DNA of 64,000 bases from assembly GCA_013265495.1 (NCBI GenBank), contig MU057865.1, positions 372,001 to 436,000 of the forward strand, given 5' to 3'. The position numbers and the translations under genes were made by a program. This stretch comes from Vicugna vicugna (lineage: Eukaryota). Shown here one piece after another: positions 49,991 through 63,177 of the stretch. Numbering within the stretch: the stretch's first letter is position 1; every line of letters starts with the position of its first letter. Under the pieces are notes generated by a model. That model was given only the letters and a program-made list of their open reading frames with translations, did not search any database and was not told the origin of the DNA.

Positions 49991-50678
49991 TTTTTTTAAA
50001 AAATTTTTTATTTTATTAAGTTATAATCAGTTTACAATGTTGTGTCAATTTCTGGTGTACAGCACAATGCTTCAGTCGTACATGAACATATATATATATT
50101 CATTGTCACGTTCTTTTTCACCATGAGCTACCACAAGATCTTGTATATATTTCCCTGTGTATATAAACTTGTTTATCTATTCTATATATACTTGTCAGCA
50201 TCTACCAATACTGAACTCCCAGTCTGTCCCTTCCCACCCCTCACCCCCCTGGCAACCACAAGTTTGTATTCTATGTCTGTGAGTCTGTTTCTGTTTTATA
50301 TTTAAGTTCATTTGTCTTGTTCTTGTTCTTCTTTTTTTTTAAGTTCCACATGTGAGCGATTTCATATGGTATTTTTCTTTCTCTTTCTGGCTTACTTCAC
50401 TTAGAATGACATTCTCCAGGAACATCCATGTTGCTGCAAATGGTGTTATGTTGTCATTGTTAATGGCTGAGTAGTATTCCACTGTATAAATATACCACAT
50501 CTTCTTTATCCAGTCATCTGCTGATGGACATTTAGTTTGTTTTCATGACTTGGCTATTGTAAATAGTGCTGCTATGAACATTGGGGTGCAGGTGTCTTTT
50601 TGAATTAGGGTTCCTTCTGGATATATGCCCAGGAGTGAGATTACTGGGTCATATAGGCATATATCCAGAAGGAACCCT
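49991..50678 (-). mobile_element. 5'-truncated lineage-specific LINE-1 with a short inverted segment at its 5' junction
   Basis: 3' UTR plus ORF2 end ('ggctattgtaaatagtgctgctatgaacattggggtgcaggtgtc'). TSD ccctcaccttct (49980-49991) / ccctcactttct (50675-50686), followed by AA (TTCT/AA endonuclease site). Confidence 0.92.
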
Positions 50679-50864
50679 CACTTTCTAAAGAGACAATTAT
50701 TAAGCTTGCTCTTGGGTAAAGGTATGAGGCTGGCATGGAGAAAAATAGGCGATGCTGGAAAGGGTGTTTCCAGTGACAAGAAGAGGGCAACTGGGGTGTT
50801 GGTCATGAAACATTGGCTCAGAAAAAAAAATCGTAAGGGCAAGAGGTAGGTCAACTAAAATAAT

Positions 50865-51085
50865 AATAGAAAGGCCAACAGAGTTTGATGTTCCAGGCAT
50901 TTACCTAAGTCCTGTCCTTGTATTAACAAATTTTATCCTCACAATAATCTTTTGAGGTAGACACTATATATATGGCTCATATTACTGATGGGTAAATGAA
51001 AGCTCAGGGATGTTAAATATCTTACCCCAAGTCATGGAGTAAGTATTGTAACTGAAGCATATATGCTGTTGAGCCTGCATTCATA
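50865..51085 (-). mobile_element. MIR SINE
   Basis: 'atcctcacaataatcttttgaggtag...aaagctcagggatgttaaatatcttaccccaagtca'. Confidence 0.7.
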
Positions 51086-51369
51086 ATACTTCTCTGTATT
51101 CTTGAGCCCTAGCTGATTAATGTCAGGAAGGAAGTGAAATTATGAATAAGAGAGAAGCTAAATTCCAATTGCAAAATTAAAGCTATCAGGGTTTAGCAGA
51201 CACTGTTGTGGCATTTTCGAGTATCTAGCTTTATTTTTTTAATCCATAACCAATTTGAAAATGAAGGTAAAATAACTACATGGGATTGTAACCTGTTAAG
51301 GCTGCTAGAAATAATTTGGCTCTAAGAAGAAAACAGTGATTGCATTTTAAATCTCATTCTACTCTCTCT

Positions 51370-52255
51370 CTTAAGGTTAGGGGTGGGATGTAGGAAACAG
51401 TCCAGGTGAAAATAGATGGTGGCCCAAATTAGGGCACCAGCAGTAGGAATAGAGAGACATGAATGGATCTGAGTTATGGAGGAAGGAAGGCAGTAAGTTT
51501 TGGTGATTTGTTGGGTAGGAGGAGAGAGAGAAGAAAGAATTGGGGATGACTACCAGGCTTCTGTTTCAGGTAAGTGGATAGGTGATCTTACCATTCATAG
51601 AGTGCACAAACGAGGTATATTTTTGGGGGAGTGAAATGAGTTCATTTTTGACATGTTGAACTTGAGGTGCCTTTAGGATGTGCAAACAGAATGTTTACTA
51701 CCTGAAGTATCTGTCCTGGAGCTTAGGTGAGCGATATGGCTGGAGAACGTGAAAATTCCTGGCATGTAGGGTTCTGAGTCTTAGGGAAGATGAATCTGCC
51801 CAGGAAGACAAAGGAAATTGAGAAGGGAAACGAAAACTGGACCCAGATATTTAAGGTGCAGTACCAGAAGATCAGTCCTTGAAGAAATAGCTAGAGAGGG
51901 AGGAGAAAAAAGGTTTCTGAGAAGCCGAGGAAAGACAGCACACGTGTTTCAGTGAACGGTGTCCAGTGCTGCGGAGAGCTCATATCTGTGGAGTAAAGTG
52001 TCCACTGGATTTAGCAGCAGAGACCATTGCTGAGTTTTGGGAGAACAGATCTACTGGAGCAATGGGGTGAAGAGGGACCGGAAGGCAAGGGAAAGTGAAG
52101 ACAGTAGTTGTGGGCAACACTTCCAAGGAACTGAGTGGTGAAGAAGAGAGAGGGAGGTATCTGGATGGAACAGACTTGGGCATGTTCAATGCTGGTTAGA
52201 AAGCCAGTAGCGAGGGAGATTTAAAGACAGAGAACAGAGGGGACATATTCTGAGT
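51370..52255 (-). mobile_element. L2 LINE internal fragment
   Basis: Purine-rich antisense L2 text: 'gtccaggtgaaaatagatggtggccc', 'ggatgactaccaggcttctg', 'tgagttcatttttgacatgttgaacttgaggtgcct', 'gtgtccactggatttagca'. Confidence 0.8.
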
Positions 52256-52867
52256 AATGAGAAAACACATGTGAAATGTAAAAAAAAATTAACGAGTAAA
52301 AACCAAATTATTTTTATATGTGCCTCTGTATCAGACACCAGTAGCGGCTCCTATCTAGGACTGTCCTCAGAAGGACTTGCAGAAATGACACATTCACGTG
52401 CTTTAGGGAATGTCACCCCTCTCTCTGAAGAGGATTAGGGGTGACTGTGCCTCGACACACTCATGACCTTCTCTGGGAGCGAAGGGTCCCCTGGAGAGAA
52501 CCTCTCAGCACACTCTATAAAGATGAACACAGATAAGAAGTAAATTAATATGAGCAAGGGCGGTTTATTAGCAATGCTGACTAAAACAATAAACAGGAGA
52601 GGGCAATGTGTGACACTATCAAGCTCAGTGAGTCTGGTCTGGCAAACCTTGGGCCTGTGAGGTGAAGAATAAATCATATTTCTTTGGAAGCAAGAAGATA
52701 GTTCAGTGCATATGAGGATGGCTTGGGGGGTGGGGCGGGGAACAAATATGTGAAAAAGAAAAAACAAAACAAAAAAACACCAGCCAAGGGATGGGACACC
52801 AAGCCCCTAAGCAGGTGCAGTCTCTATTTTTAAGAGAAAATGCCAATCTACCAATACTCCTTTCCTC

Positions 52868-53110
52868 TCATTCATTCATTCATTCATGCCAACATTTAAT
52901 TGGCCCTTGTCTATATGCCAAGCTCTGTGTTGGGTTCTGGAGACTCAGCAATGAATGAAGCCCCATTCCTAACTTCTTGGGGTCACAATTTCCTAGGAAA
53001 GTCAAAGACACACAGTCCCTCTGCAGTGTAATAAAGGCTGCCTGCAGTAAAGATATGGAGGAGGAACCATGGGTGCCTAACACTTCCTGGGCTCAGGAGA
53101 AACTTCAGAC
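52868..53110 (-). mobile_element. L2 LINE 3' end
   Basis: (TCAT)n tail followed by 'ccaacatttaattggcccttgtctatatgccaagctctgtgttgggttctggagactcagcaatgaa'. Confidence 0.8.
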
Positions 53111-54270
53111 TAGAGCGCAAGAGCTTTCTCTTATTTTGAAATGACATTGAGTAAGCAAGTCTACTTCATCATACTTTTTCATAAAGGCATTTGTTCCAGG
53201 TTTTTAAAATGTGTCTTTTATCTCCACGAGGGGCTCTGTATTCCATTCTTACTTGCTGAGCACATTGACACAAATGTGTTTATCAAAGGATCGTGGAATT
53301 CCACAGCAGGACAAGACCTCAGCAATTATTCTAACCACTTTGTTGTTAATTGAAGAGAAGCTAACTTTATTCAAGCTTTTATTATCTATATAAATCACCC
53401 ATGACGAAACTACTCAAAAATGGCTATTTCCACTTTTTGTAGTGTCTTCCACTTAGAAACACATATGTTTGTATGGTGACTAAAGCAGATACATAATAAA
53501 ATATGTTTCTACTACTATTTAATATTGAATTAGAAATATACTTTTTTCATATTATTACACAGGTTTTTTTTTATTTGTAATTTTTATTTGAATGCCTGCA
53601 TGATAGTCTCTGGTCTTGATCTGCCTTTAATGACTAAATCTTTCCCGTAATTTTGGACACGTGCAACCACTCCACTTTATAGATGAAGAAACTGAGGCCA
53701 GGGCAAGTGTTTCATGCTTTGAGTCTCTGTGAGTCCTTTTTTTTTGGGGGGGGGTCATGCTATCACTTTCATATGGAAAATCAGAGTTATTATCCGCAAA
53801 AACTAAAAGATTAGATCATAATGAAAAGCAGGTACCTGCTGAAAATGTAGGAGACTGGTCAAGAGACAAGGGAATGTGGGTCACTCTTTCCTCTGATTCA
53901 ACAATAGCTTATTCTGCCATGTTGGACTGATTCCACGGAGATCCGGTGTTCTCACATATGCACGTGAATGAAGCAAGTTCAGGCTTCAAGCGTTTATATC
54001 AGTAGCAGGTTTGTGAAGAGCTGAGATAAATGTGGGTAAGACTGGTATAAATGGAAGCTGGTAGACTAGGTCCACCCATTGGCAGCTGCTTTGGGAGGAC
54101 ATTTCTTGGAGGAAGAGAATACCACTGCAGGTCTTGAGAATTTCAGTATGGATTTACTGATAGGAGGTAGGAAAGGCTCATCAGAAATCTCAAATAGTAG
54201 AATGTTAGTGCTCTGTGGGACATTAGACACCATTTTCAACTTGCCAAATACGTATTAAGATTTCAGGGGT

Positions 54271-54437
54271 TATAGCACAGGGAAATAGATACAAGGTCTT
54301 ATAGTAGCTCACGGTGAAAAAAGAATATGGAAATGAATACATGTATATTCATGTATGACTGAAAAATTGTGCAATACACCAGAAATTGACACAACACTGT
54401 AAACTGACTATAACTCAATAAAAAATAATTTAAAAAA
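54271..54437 (+). mobile_element. Short lineage-specific LINE-1 3' end
   Basis: 'acaccagaaattgacacaacactgtaaactgactataactcaataaaaaa' is the reverse complement of the tails at 44941 and 49991. Confidence 0.85.
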
Positions 54438-56167
54438 TATAGCAGGAGTTGAACTAGAACTTAGATGTCATAACATCTAGTTGAGTGTATCATCCATCAT
54501 GGAATGATTAATGCTGGTGACAACCTTTTTCTCCTTCAATTACTAAGGATGAAATAGAAAAATGTGAGGTAACTTCCCCTCCTAACTTCCCAAAGGCTCT
54601 GTGCACGTAAAATAGAAACATAAAGTGTTAGTTTTAGAATTACTATCAGAAAGCAGGTTATGTAACACCTTCAGTTTATAGATTGACAAGCAAAAACTTA
54701 GACTTGTCCAGGTTTTAAGAGCTTCTCGATGGCAACATAAATCTATGCCTTCTTTTGACTCTAAACCCCGTGCTTTTGCCTACTATTGGAATAATTAATC
54801 CTGGTGCCATGAGATAGGACGCTGCAAACAAAAAGGACTTAGGAAGTGTGTTAAAATCCTCGTCACTTTACCAATTTGGATTGCATAGAAGGAAATACAG
54901 TATAGACCCAAGAGCTTGATGGTGGCATTCGGGTGGTAGGGCTGAGTGAAGTTCATAGAAGGCTGGTTTGGAAGAAGTGGACCTTGGAGGTGGGACCTCT
55001 AAGGGGTAAGATTTGAAACAGGTGGTATTTGAGGGAAAGCGCATTTCAGGCGGTATTAGCGTCAGCCCCAGGAAGAACCTGTGACTACAAAGAACATTCG
55101 CCTCATTCTTTACAAGAGTTTTAACATTCCCATTTTAATCCATGTGAATAACACTGGGCAAGTTCCTTAGCCCCTCTTGTCCTCTGTTTCTCTAGCAGCA
55201 AAGAGGAGGAAATAACAAAACATCACAGAGAAACCAGGACGCATCGCGAATATGAACCATTGTAAAGGGTTTTATTCACATAAAGGAGAAGGAGAATACG
55301 CTCCACAAAATTCTACGGCCGGAATTTCAAAGCATCATTGTTGCCTAATGATGGTTTTAGCTTTGCCCTCGGTGAATATATAGTTTGGAGTTTTGCAACT
55401 GAAAAAACATCTTTGTTATGTTTTGCCTGGATCAAAGCACATACAAAGCCTGATCGAATGGGAAAAAAAAAAGGCGAAAAGCTACAGGCGAGGCAGCGTC
55501 AGCATGACAGACGGCCCCCAGGTTTTTGCTAATGCCCTATCTGGCTAGAATGTTCTGAAACCTTTGTAAGCAAGGACTGAAAAAATCAACAAAATTACCA
55601 TGTATATATGTCATATTCAGAACGGGTGCACATGCTCACGGGAGGTCAGAGTTACTGCAGGTGGAAATGGCAACACTTTGAGCCCTTCCCTCCAAGAGTG
55701 TGTGAGGCCACGCCCCCCGAGAAGAGACAGGTGTTGGAACAGTGGAAATGCACAACGTTGGAAGATGGCAAGAGAGGGTGAAGATAAAGACATCTGTTTA
55801 AATAAGAACTAGCCTGCATAACAAAATCCAGCTTTTTTAGTCTGGTACACAATGGACCTCCTAAGATAAGGCAATTTTATGAACCAATAGAAATATCTTG
55901 TGAGGAACTTATCTGTTGTTTGCCTATAAATGAGATTTCTTAATGAGAACCAGGGCAAGCTTTCTTAAAAAGAGTGAGATTGGTAATTCTGTGAACCCTG
56001 GGTGAAGGGACGTCTTCTTGTTCTCCTAAGCTGTGGCTTCTAACGACAGCCATGCACACTGAGGAATTATCTTTTACCATGACTTCAGACAGAAGTGAAA
56101 GCAAGAACTGTTATCATCAGTTCTGCAAATTCCAACCAAACCTGGAAAAGTCATGGGAGTGAATACT

Positions 56168-56309
56168 CTTTTTTTCTCCTTTTTTTTGTTTTATTAGGTA
56201 GAATTATTACAGTCTGACTGCACACACACATTATATTGCATGTAAATACATATATACAGTATACTGCACATTGTTTTTAGTTTACATATATGTACTAAGT
56301 ATTGTATTG
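56168..56309 (-). mobile_element. Retroposed 3' tail (same family as 26471-26578), running into the gap
   Basis: The minus strand reads 'gtacatatatgtaaactaaaaacaatgtgcagtatactg...gtgcagtcagactgtaataattctacctaataaaacaaaaaaaaaggagaaaaaaaa'. Confidence 0.75.
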
Positions 56310-56684
56310 NNNNNNNNNNNNNNNNNNNNNNNNNNNNNNNNNNNNNNNNNNNNNNNNNNNNNNNNNNNNNNNNNNNNNNNNNNNNNNNNNNNNNNNNNNN
56401 NNNNNNNNNNNNNNNNNNNNNNNNNNNNNNNNNNNNNNNNNNNNNNNNNNNNNNNNNNNNNNNNNNNNNNNNNNNNNNNNNNNNNNNNNNNNNNNNNNNN
56501 NNNNNNNNNNNNNNNNNNNNNNNNNNNNNNNNNNNNNNNNNNNNNNNNNNNNNNNNNNNNNNNNNNNNNNNNNNNNNNNNNNNNNNNNNNNNNNNNNNNN
56601 NNNNNNNNNNNNNNNNNNNNNNNNNNNNNNNNNNNNNNNNNNNNNNNNNNNNNNNNNNNNNNNNNNNNNNNNNNNNNNNNNNNN
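56310..56684. other. Assembly gap (375 N)
   Basis: Run of N, flanked by a repeat tail on the left and (ATTTT)n on the right. Confidence 1.
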
Positions 56685-59600
56685 ATTTTATTTTATTTTA
56701 TTTTATTTTTTCTCTTGACGAGTACTTCTAGAATTGTTCACATCTTTTCTTCTTTAAAGAACTAATGTCTAGTTCTTATCTTTGACTTCCCGAACCTTCT
56801 CTTTACCTTCCTCAACAATTATCTTAAGATCCTCTAGCAATATCACATTGTTTTTTCCTGCTTAAAGGGCAATTCTTTCATTCTTGTGTCCCCAAATCCC
56901 TTTGCTATATAAGGGCTATGTGTCAAGGTAGAAAAGTAGAAAAAAGTAGTTTAGAAAAGATGTATGATTTTTGAGCTTCAAAATAAACACACACACACAC
57001 ATACACACACACAATCCTCCCCAAAAAACTCCATCTAATTTGGCTATTTATTTTTTTTTGGTCACTGGAATAACTGTTTATATTGTAAAATTCAGCTGCT
57101 TTGTATGCTTCTGAAGATTAAGAAAATTTTCCCATGCTTTCATTTTATTTCCACCCTTCACTTCAATATTTGGTATGAAGTCTTATCCTTAGAAAATGTT
57201 CCAGACGTATAAACTAAATGATTATTTATTTGCTGAACTGACTGGCTTATCAATAAGCCATGGCCATTGTTTGACTTCTCAGAACAGTTGGGGGTTCTCA
57301 CTGGGGACATAGGAAGGCTTTCAGAGACTGTGCTTCATGTATCTTTGTCTCTCTTACACTGTTAACCTCATTCTCTGCTTGGTGCCCCCTAGGTAGATGC
57401 TTCATTTCTGTTGATTGAATAATGGATAGTTTCTATTGTTGAACAATAGCTTCTCATAAGCTCTGTTATGAGAACCTGTACCACCAAATTAAATTAAAAA
57501 ACGATGCCAAATTGCTGCTACGTGACCTGGACTTTCAGTCTTGGGAGTCTAATATAATAATAAAGGGTTATTTCTTTGAGGGCTTAGCATCTCTGTGGCC
57601 AGATACTCATCGTTACATGCACACCAAGCTCCTTAGAGCTAAAAGATTCTCCCTTATCCAGAAGGAAACAAATGAAAACCACTTACCTGGCCAACATTAT
57701 TTCATAGGGTGCTGAGGAATAAATCAGGCCTGGCATGACCTTCATTGAAATTTCAGATTTATTTACAGAGGTTTGTGCAGATCGCTTTATCTACTGGAGG
57801 ATCCGCTTCCCCTCGGTGACTCATAAGTGATGTGGTCCACGCAGACCCGTGTAAATAGAGCTAATATTTCAAGGGAGGTCGTGCTGTAGACTCTTCCCCT
57901 GAGAACAGATGATGGTGGGCTGCTGGGCTGATGCGGAATTTATCTTGCGAGGGGGAAGAGGGATTGTGTGGTCCAGAGGGCAGCATCCAGGGCTTGTGAA
58001 TCTGAAGAGGGGCTGAGGTACACTGGATCCATCTGTGTTGGTGTTGTGTGCTTCTACTTATGAGGAAAGACTAACAAAAGAAAACAGAACAACTCACTCA
58101 AGTCAAGTCTTCAATAGTCTACAAATTCATCACTGATTTTTCTTCGTTTACTTGTGTACTTTTTTTCCTTTGAACCACTAAATCCAGTGGTCTCCAAAGA
58201 AGAGTTTGGACCCCCCAGTAAATAGATTCTTAAGCTAGTTGCCTCTATTAATTCCATTTCCTCTTTTTCTTCATCTCACTTTCAGTCGCTCACCACGCCT
58301 CTCCTTCCCTGCCTTCTAATGTATTTGGCATGGATTTCATGCACTTTCGTAGCTCCTTTTGCCCAGTTTACCTAAGGCCTCTACAGTCAGCAGCCCTCTT
58401 CATCTACTGTCTGACTTTCCCATACGTGTGCAGAGACACCCACCCACCTACCTGCTCCTACAGGGTGAATGTAAGGCTTTTGCAAAATAAAAACAAGCCT
58501 CTCTTCATAAGACCTTTGCGTGAAATATAAACTCTTGTGATTTAAGGTTTCTCATCTCTGCTTTTTGATATATGATTGTATTAAACCCTACAAATGTTAT
58601 TGACTGAGACATCGAGAAGGAAGCTAGGTAATTGTATAAGAATCAGTCAAGAACTACCAATTTAGGGCATTCTGTGGTCTGAGTATGTTGCTGCTGGCTA
58701 CAGGGGATAAGGGTGTTGGGTAACTTACATTGTGGTTGAGGAAACCAGACTAACACTCTTGAAAAAACCCTGACAGACCCAAGTCTGTATAAAATTAGCT
58801 GTGTGGTATATGGACTTTGGTGACATTCTAAATACATATGTGATCATGCCCCTCTCTTTAAAATCCTCATGGGGGGTAAAGTCTTCATAAGAGTTCTGCA
58901 GCGTGGCCCCAGCTTCTCTCACTGAGCCCCCACTGGACATGTCTCAGTCCACTGTTCTGTTTATTTGGGGATGTGAAAACTAAAGATAAGTAACTTGTGT
59001 AAGATCATAAGACATATTAGTTACAGTCACTTTCCAGATGTATTACCTGATGACATCCATCTTCGTTTGGCTAAGGACGCCTTCCACCAGCATCTCTGAC
59101 TGGCAGCTATCAGGGTTTCAAATCCTCCCAAGGTTGAATGAGTTATTCCCTCCTCTCGGCTCACGCAGCTCCTGCTCCTACTGCGCTGCATTTGAAGTCA
59201 TCTCTTTATCACACAGCCCCACCAGACCGTGAGCTTTTTGCGGGCAAATACTGTGTTTTATTCACTGTGGGATTCCCCAGTGGCGAGCACCAGAATGTTT
59301 TATAGGGGCTTCAAGGGTGAGTACATTCTCAGAAAGTGGCAGCATAATCTCTTAAATGAGTAGAGAATGCAGCCAGCTCATGAGACCTGAGAGGTCCCAA
59401 AATAGATCCTTCACACTAAAATATACCCCTTCTTCATCCTGCCCCTCTAGCAGGAGAATCCACTCATAGCCTTTGGGGCTAAGGTTGCTGTGGTCCTGAT
59501 CCTGCGATCCTGGCACATGACTTACCCTTAATTTTATCATAGTATCTTGTATCATCCTCACCTGCACCATTATTTTCAGCATCAGCAGCAACAAGGCACA

Positions 59601-59873
59601 TTTACTGAGTGTCTACAGGGTCCTGCGTCAGGTCCTGTGGATAAAGACAGTCATAAAACCAGGCTCTGCCCTGGAGACTATAACATAATAGTAGAAAATA
59701 AAAACAAATGTTATAAACAGTGCAGAGTTTTCATGGAATATTGCTACCTCAAAACCCTTTGAAAATGAAAAGTGCTATGGACAAAAAAAGTACTATGTCC
59801 ACTTTCTGGAGATTTAGGATGAACAGAAGCACGGTGGAGGCTTTTTGTTTTGTGATAAAGATATCACTTTGAT

Positions 59874-60112
59874 GTTTTTTATTGAGATAGAATTACATAC
59901 AGCAAAATATACAGATTTTAAGTAGAGCGCTACAGTTTTGACCAATGTATATGCTCTTGTAACCAAAACCCCAAACAAGATGTAGAAGATTCTAGTAAGT
60001 TTTTTTCATGATCCTCGTCAGTCGGCTGTCTCCCCGCTAGCCTGCCCTACCACCAGGCAATCGCTGCTCTGATTTCCACCTCTGCAGACAGCGTGGTTTT
60101 GCCTGTTCTTCA
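59874..60112 (-). mobile_element. Old L1 (L1MB/MC-type) 3' end
   Basis: 'tttttattgagatagaattacatacagcaaaatatacagattttaagt...gttttgaccaatgtata...ttgtaacc...gttttgcctgttctt'. Confidence 0.7.
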
Positions 60113-62479
60113 CACTTACTACGCAATCAATCCCTTTTTTTGGGAATGAAATATTTATCAATATTACACATATTTAGTATACTGTAGAATATGCTGCGAA
60201 AAATGCTAGGTTAGCACTTTATAACTGTCAATGGGTTTTCATATCTGTTCTCCAATTTAATTAAAAACAATAATATAAGGATACCATAAGTGCCAAATGA
60301 TTGATTCATACAGTGGTTGCCGTAGGAATTGCGATGAAGACATATCACTTGGGTTAGTTGTAATTGGGAAAGCTTCCCAGTGCTCCTCTGCCAAGCTTCA
60401 ACAGGCCCTTCAGGATGGGCAAGAGGTACACAAGTGGAGACAAGAAAAGTGAGTTCCCAGATGTAGGAACGGGGTGGCAAAGATTGAACAGTAGCAATGC
60501 ATGGTGTGTATTAGAAGAGCAACAACCAGAATGTCGCAGTGGGAATGCAGCCACTCCCCAGCCCTGAAGACGCCTCTGTGCACCTGGAGAGGCACTGTGG
60601 CTCCAGACCCACATCTGGTGAGTTATGCTCCCTGCAAGATCTTCTCATCTGTGCCTCCTTAGCAGTGCTGAGGTTGATCCAGTCCTTCTAGGGCCTGAGT
60701 GTACCTGGTATTTGAGTTTTTTGTCTTCTTACACTCATGGATGGTATGTTGCTATTGTTAGAGGAGGTCACAGAGTGGATGTGACCACAGGTTGACCCGT
60801 GAGCTGGAGCTGGGCAATCAGAGGCTCCTCACCCCCTTCTCCATCCTTGGAATGCATGCTCTGCCCATCTTTCCCACAGTGGGAGCTGGGTTCAAGGGTG
60901 CAGCATTGAGACACAAATGTGTTGGTGAGAACATCTGGATGGTGTACATGACTGAACCCATTAAGACCTCCCTAGAAACCCTGAAGATGCTGACCGGTGG
61001 GGTGGGACCTCCTCATCTCACAGTGCTCAAGACAAGTCTGGAGTGGAAGTTCCCTTTTCCTTAGCGCCACTGTCTACCGACCTGGGGTGGCCTCCTTTTT
61101 CTTGGGTCTTCCCTGCTCGGGGTGCCAGTTTCGAATTTCACTGGGGAACCCTCGAGATTGTCAATCAATAGCTCTCGACAAAACTGCCTTCACATTCATT
61201 GTTCTTTCAGTCAGTGATAATGGAGAGGGAAGCTGCTCACAGTGCTGTTCTTAAATTTTATCACGGGGAAATGTTTGCAAGGACTTCTCTTGTCTTGGCA
61301 CTGACAGGGAGTCCCGATCTTTCCAGGGTGGGTTTTTCTTCAGACCCTCTTTCTTCTCTGTTCCTAGGGCTGTCCTCCCAGGGGTCGCAGCGCAGACCTC
61401 GTCCGTCATTCAGAGGAGGGTGGTGTTAGGGGTGAAGAGCTGTGGGAAAATACATGTCCCCACCAATGACTAACCAGTAGCTTTCTTGGCTGGATGTCTC
61501 CTGTTTCCTAGAGAATTCCTCTCCTAAAAGGTAGGTAGGATTTTTGGCCATTTATCCAATAGGATCATTTAGGCTGAGCCATTGATGCTGACAATTTTTG
61601 GACAGGACCTAAGGCATGGGATTCTACATATGATTGCTTTTCATTTTTGGAACTAGTGGCAAGAAAAACAGAAGAGGACACACACACAGTTACAATGGAG
61701 CAAGCAACAGGAGAGAGGTGCTGTCTCAAACAGCTGGGAAGAGGGAACTAGATACCAAGCAGGGTTATTTCCTGACAGACCGAAAATCAGGGCAGGCATC
61801 TTTGACTTTCTATCTTCCACGCCTTACCCAGCTGTGTCTTTGTGTCCTTTATCACTTCCCAACGTGCTCTGTCCCCACACTGCCCCGTCATGTAGTGGGA
61901 GCAGCAGAGAGGAGACTGTGAGAAGATGGGGTGGGTGGTCATTTTATTTTATTTTATTATTTTTGTTACATGAAAAAGAAATTCGTATTTATTTATAAGT
62001 AAAATGATTCATGCATTGGTCACAAAGAAATGTCAATTGCTTTATGATAGCTTGGGAGGGGTCAGTGTAGGTGAGGTTCCTGCCGTGTCCTTTATTTCTC
62101 TCTTACTAGACATGAGAAATGTGCATAAATCATAAACTCTCAGAGACCTTCCGTATTGTGCATCCCTCCACCTCTATTTCCCAGACCAGGAAACGGGCAT
62201 CAGAAAGGAAATGCCTTTTCAAACTCACAGAGCGAGGTCGCTGTGGACTAGGGCAACAGTTGGCTTCTGATCTCCCTCTAACTTGTGTCACCTTCCCCTG
62301 CACCCTCCTGGCTCGTGAAATAGAAAGGCAGTGGGCTTTCCATATTTTTCCTTTCTTCGGGATCTCCATCCCCCCAGCCTCTACCTAGCAGATTCTGCCT
62401 CATCTCCTGCGTCTAAGGTAAAATATGACTCCTTCATGGAAAGAGTTCTCAGCTCCCCTCTTCGCTCCTGGCTGCCTGC

Positions 62480-62640
62480 CATATTCTTCAACAGCGCCCT
62501 GCCTTTCTTCAGCACTTCATTATTCTTCCAATTTCCTGACCCCTGTCTGTCCTCCATGTACAGCTGTGAGCTGCATGAGCACACAGTGCCTGACACATGG
62601 TTTACACTCAGTGGATATGTGTTGGCCGGATGAATGAATA
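62480..62640 (+). mobile_element. L2 LINE 3' end
   Basis: 'acagtgcctgacacatggtttacactcagtggatatgtgttggccggatgaatgaat'. Confidence 0.6.
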
Positions 62641-63085
62641 TGGGTGGAGCCCTTAGACAGGCCTGTGTGTTCCAGACACTTTCACAAGGACATGCTGCCT
62701 ATGACACAAAAGCACATTGTTGTCATTCAATTTTTAATGTTTTTTTGCGTTTATTGTTGACAACTCTGCTTAACTAAAGAAAAAAGTAAAATTTAATGGA
62801 AAGCTATTGCTAACTCATAGGCGAGCCTGGGAACCAGGCTTGGGTAAGGATGTGGGCTAGAGACAGCTCCAGAGGAACAGACATGGTAATGGCTGGAACA
62901 GTCTCCAAGTGGGGAGAGCTGGCCCTGGGGCCACGGCTCTGATCAGTAAATTCCTACACTGAAAATCTCTGTCATCATGAACAGGTTTCACGGGTCAGGG
63001 AAGGTGCACCTAATTAGCACAGGTGAGTCTGCTCCGTGGCCCATTGGGGAAAATGTCCATTTCTCAAAAGAAGATCTGATTACAG

Positions 63086-63177
63086 GGGGAGGGTATGGCT
63101 CAGTGGTAGAGCGCATGCTTAGCACGCACGAGGTCCTGGGTTCAATCCCCAGTACTGCCATTAAAACAAAAAAAAAA
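63086..63177 (+). mobile_element. tRNA-Ala(AGC)-derived SINE (camelid Vic-1-like)
   Basis: GGGGAGGGTATGGCTCAGTGGTAGAGCGCATGCTTAGCACGCACGAGGTCCTGGGTTCAATCCCCAGTACTGCCA plus an A tail (63163-63177). Pol III A box at 63096-63106, B box at 63139-63148, AGC anticodon position at 63121-63123. Confidence 0.88.

Noticed and set aside
56271..56765. ORFs of 164 and 138 aa
   Set aside because: Artefacts of translating through the N gap.
59441..59456. Possible second CTCF motif
   Set aside because: An extra G breaks the AGRKGGC register.
63086..63160. Functional tRNA-Ala gene
   Set aside because: The acceptor and anticodon stems are imperfect, there is an A tail instead of a T-run terminator, and the sequence fits a SINE.
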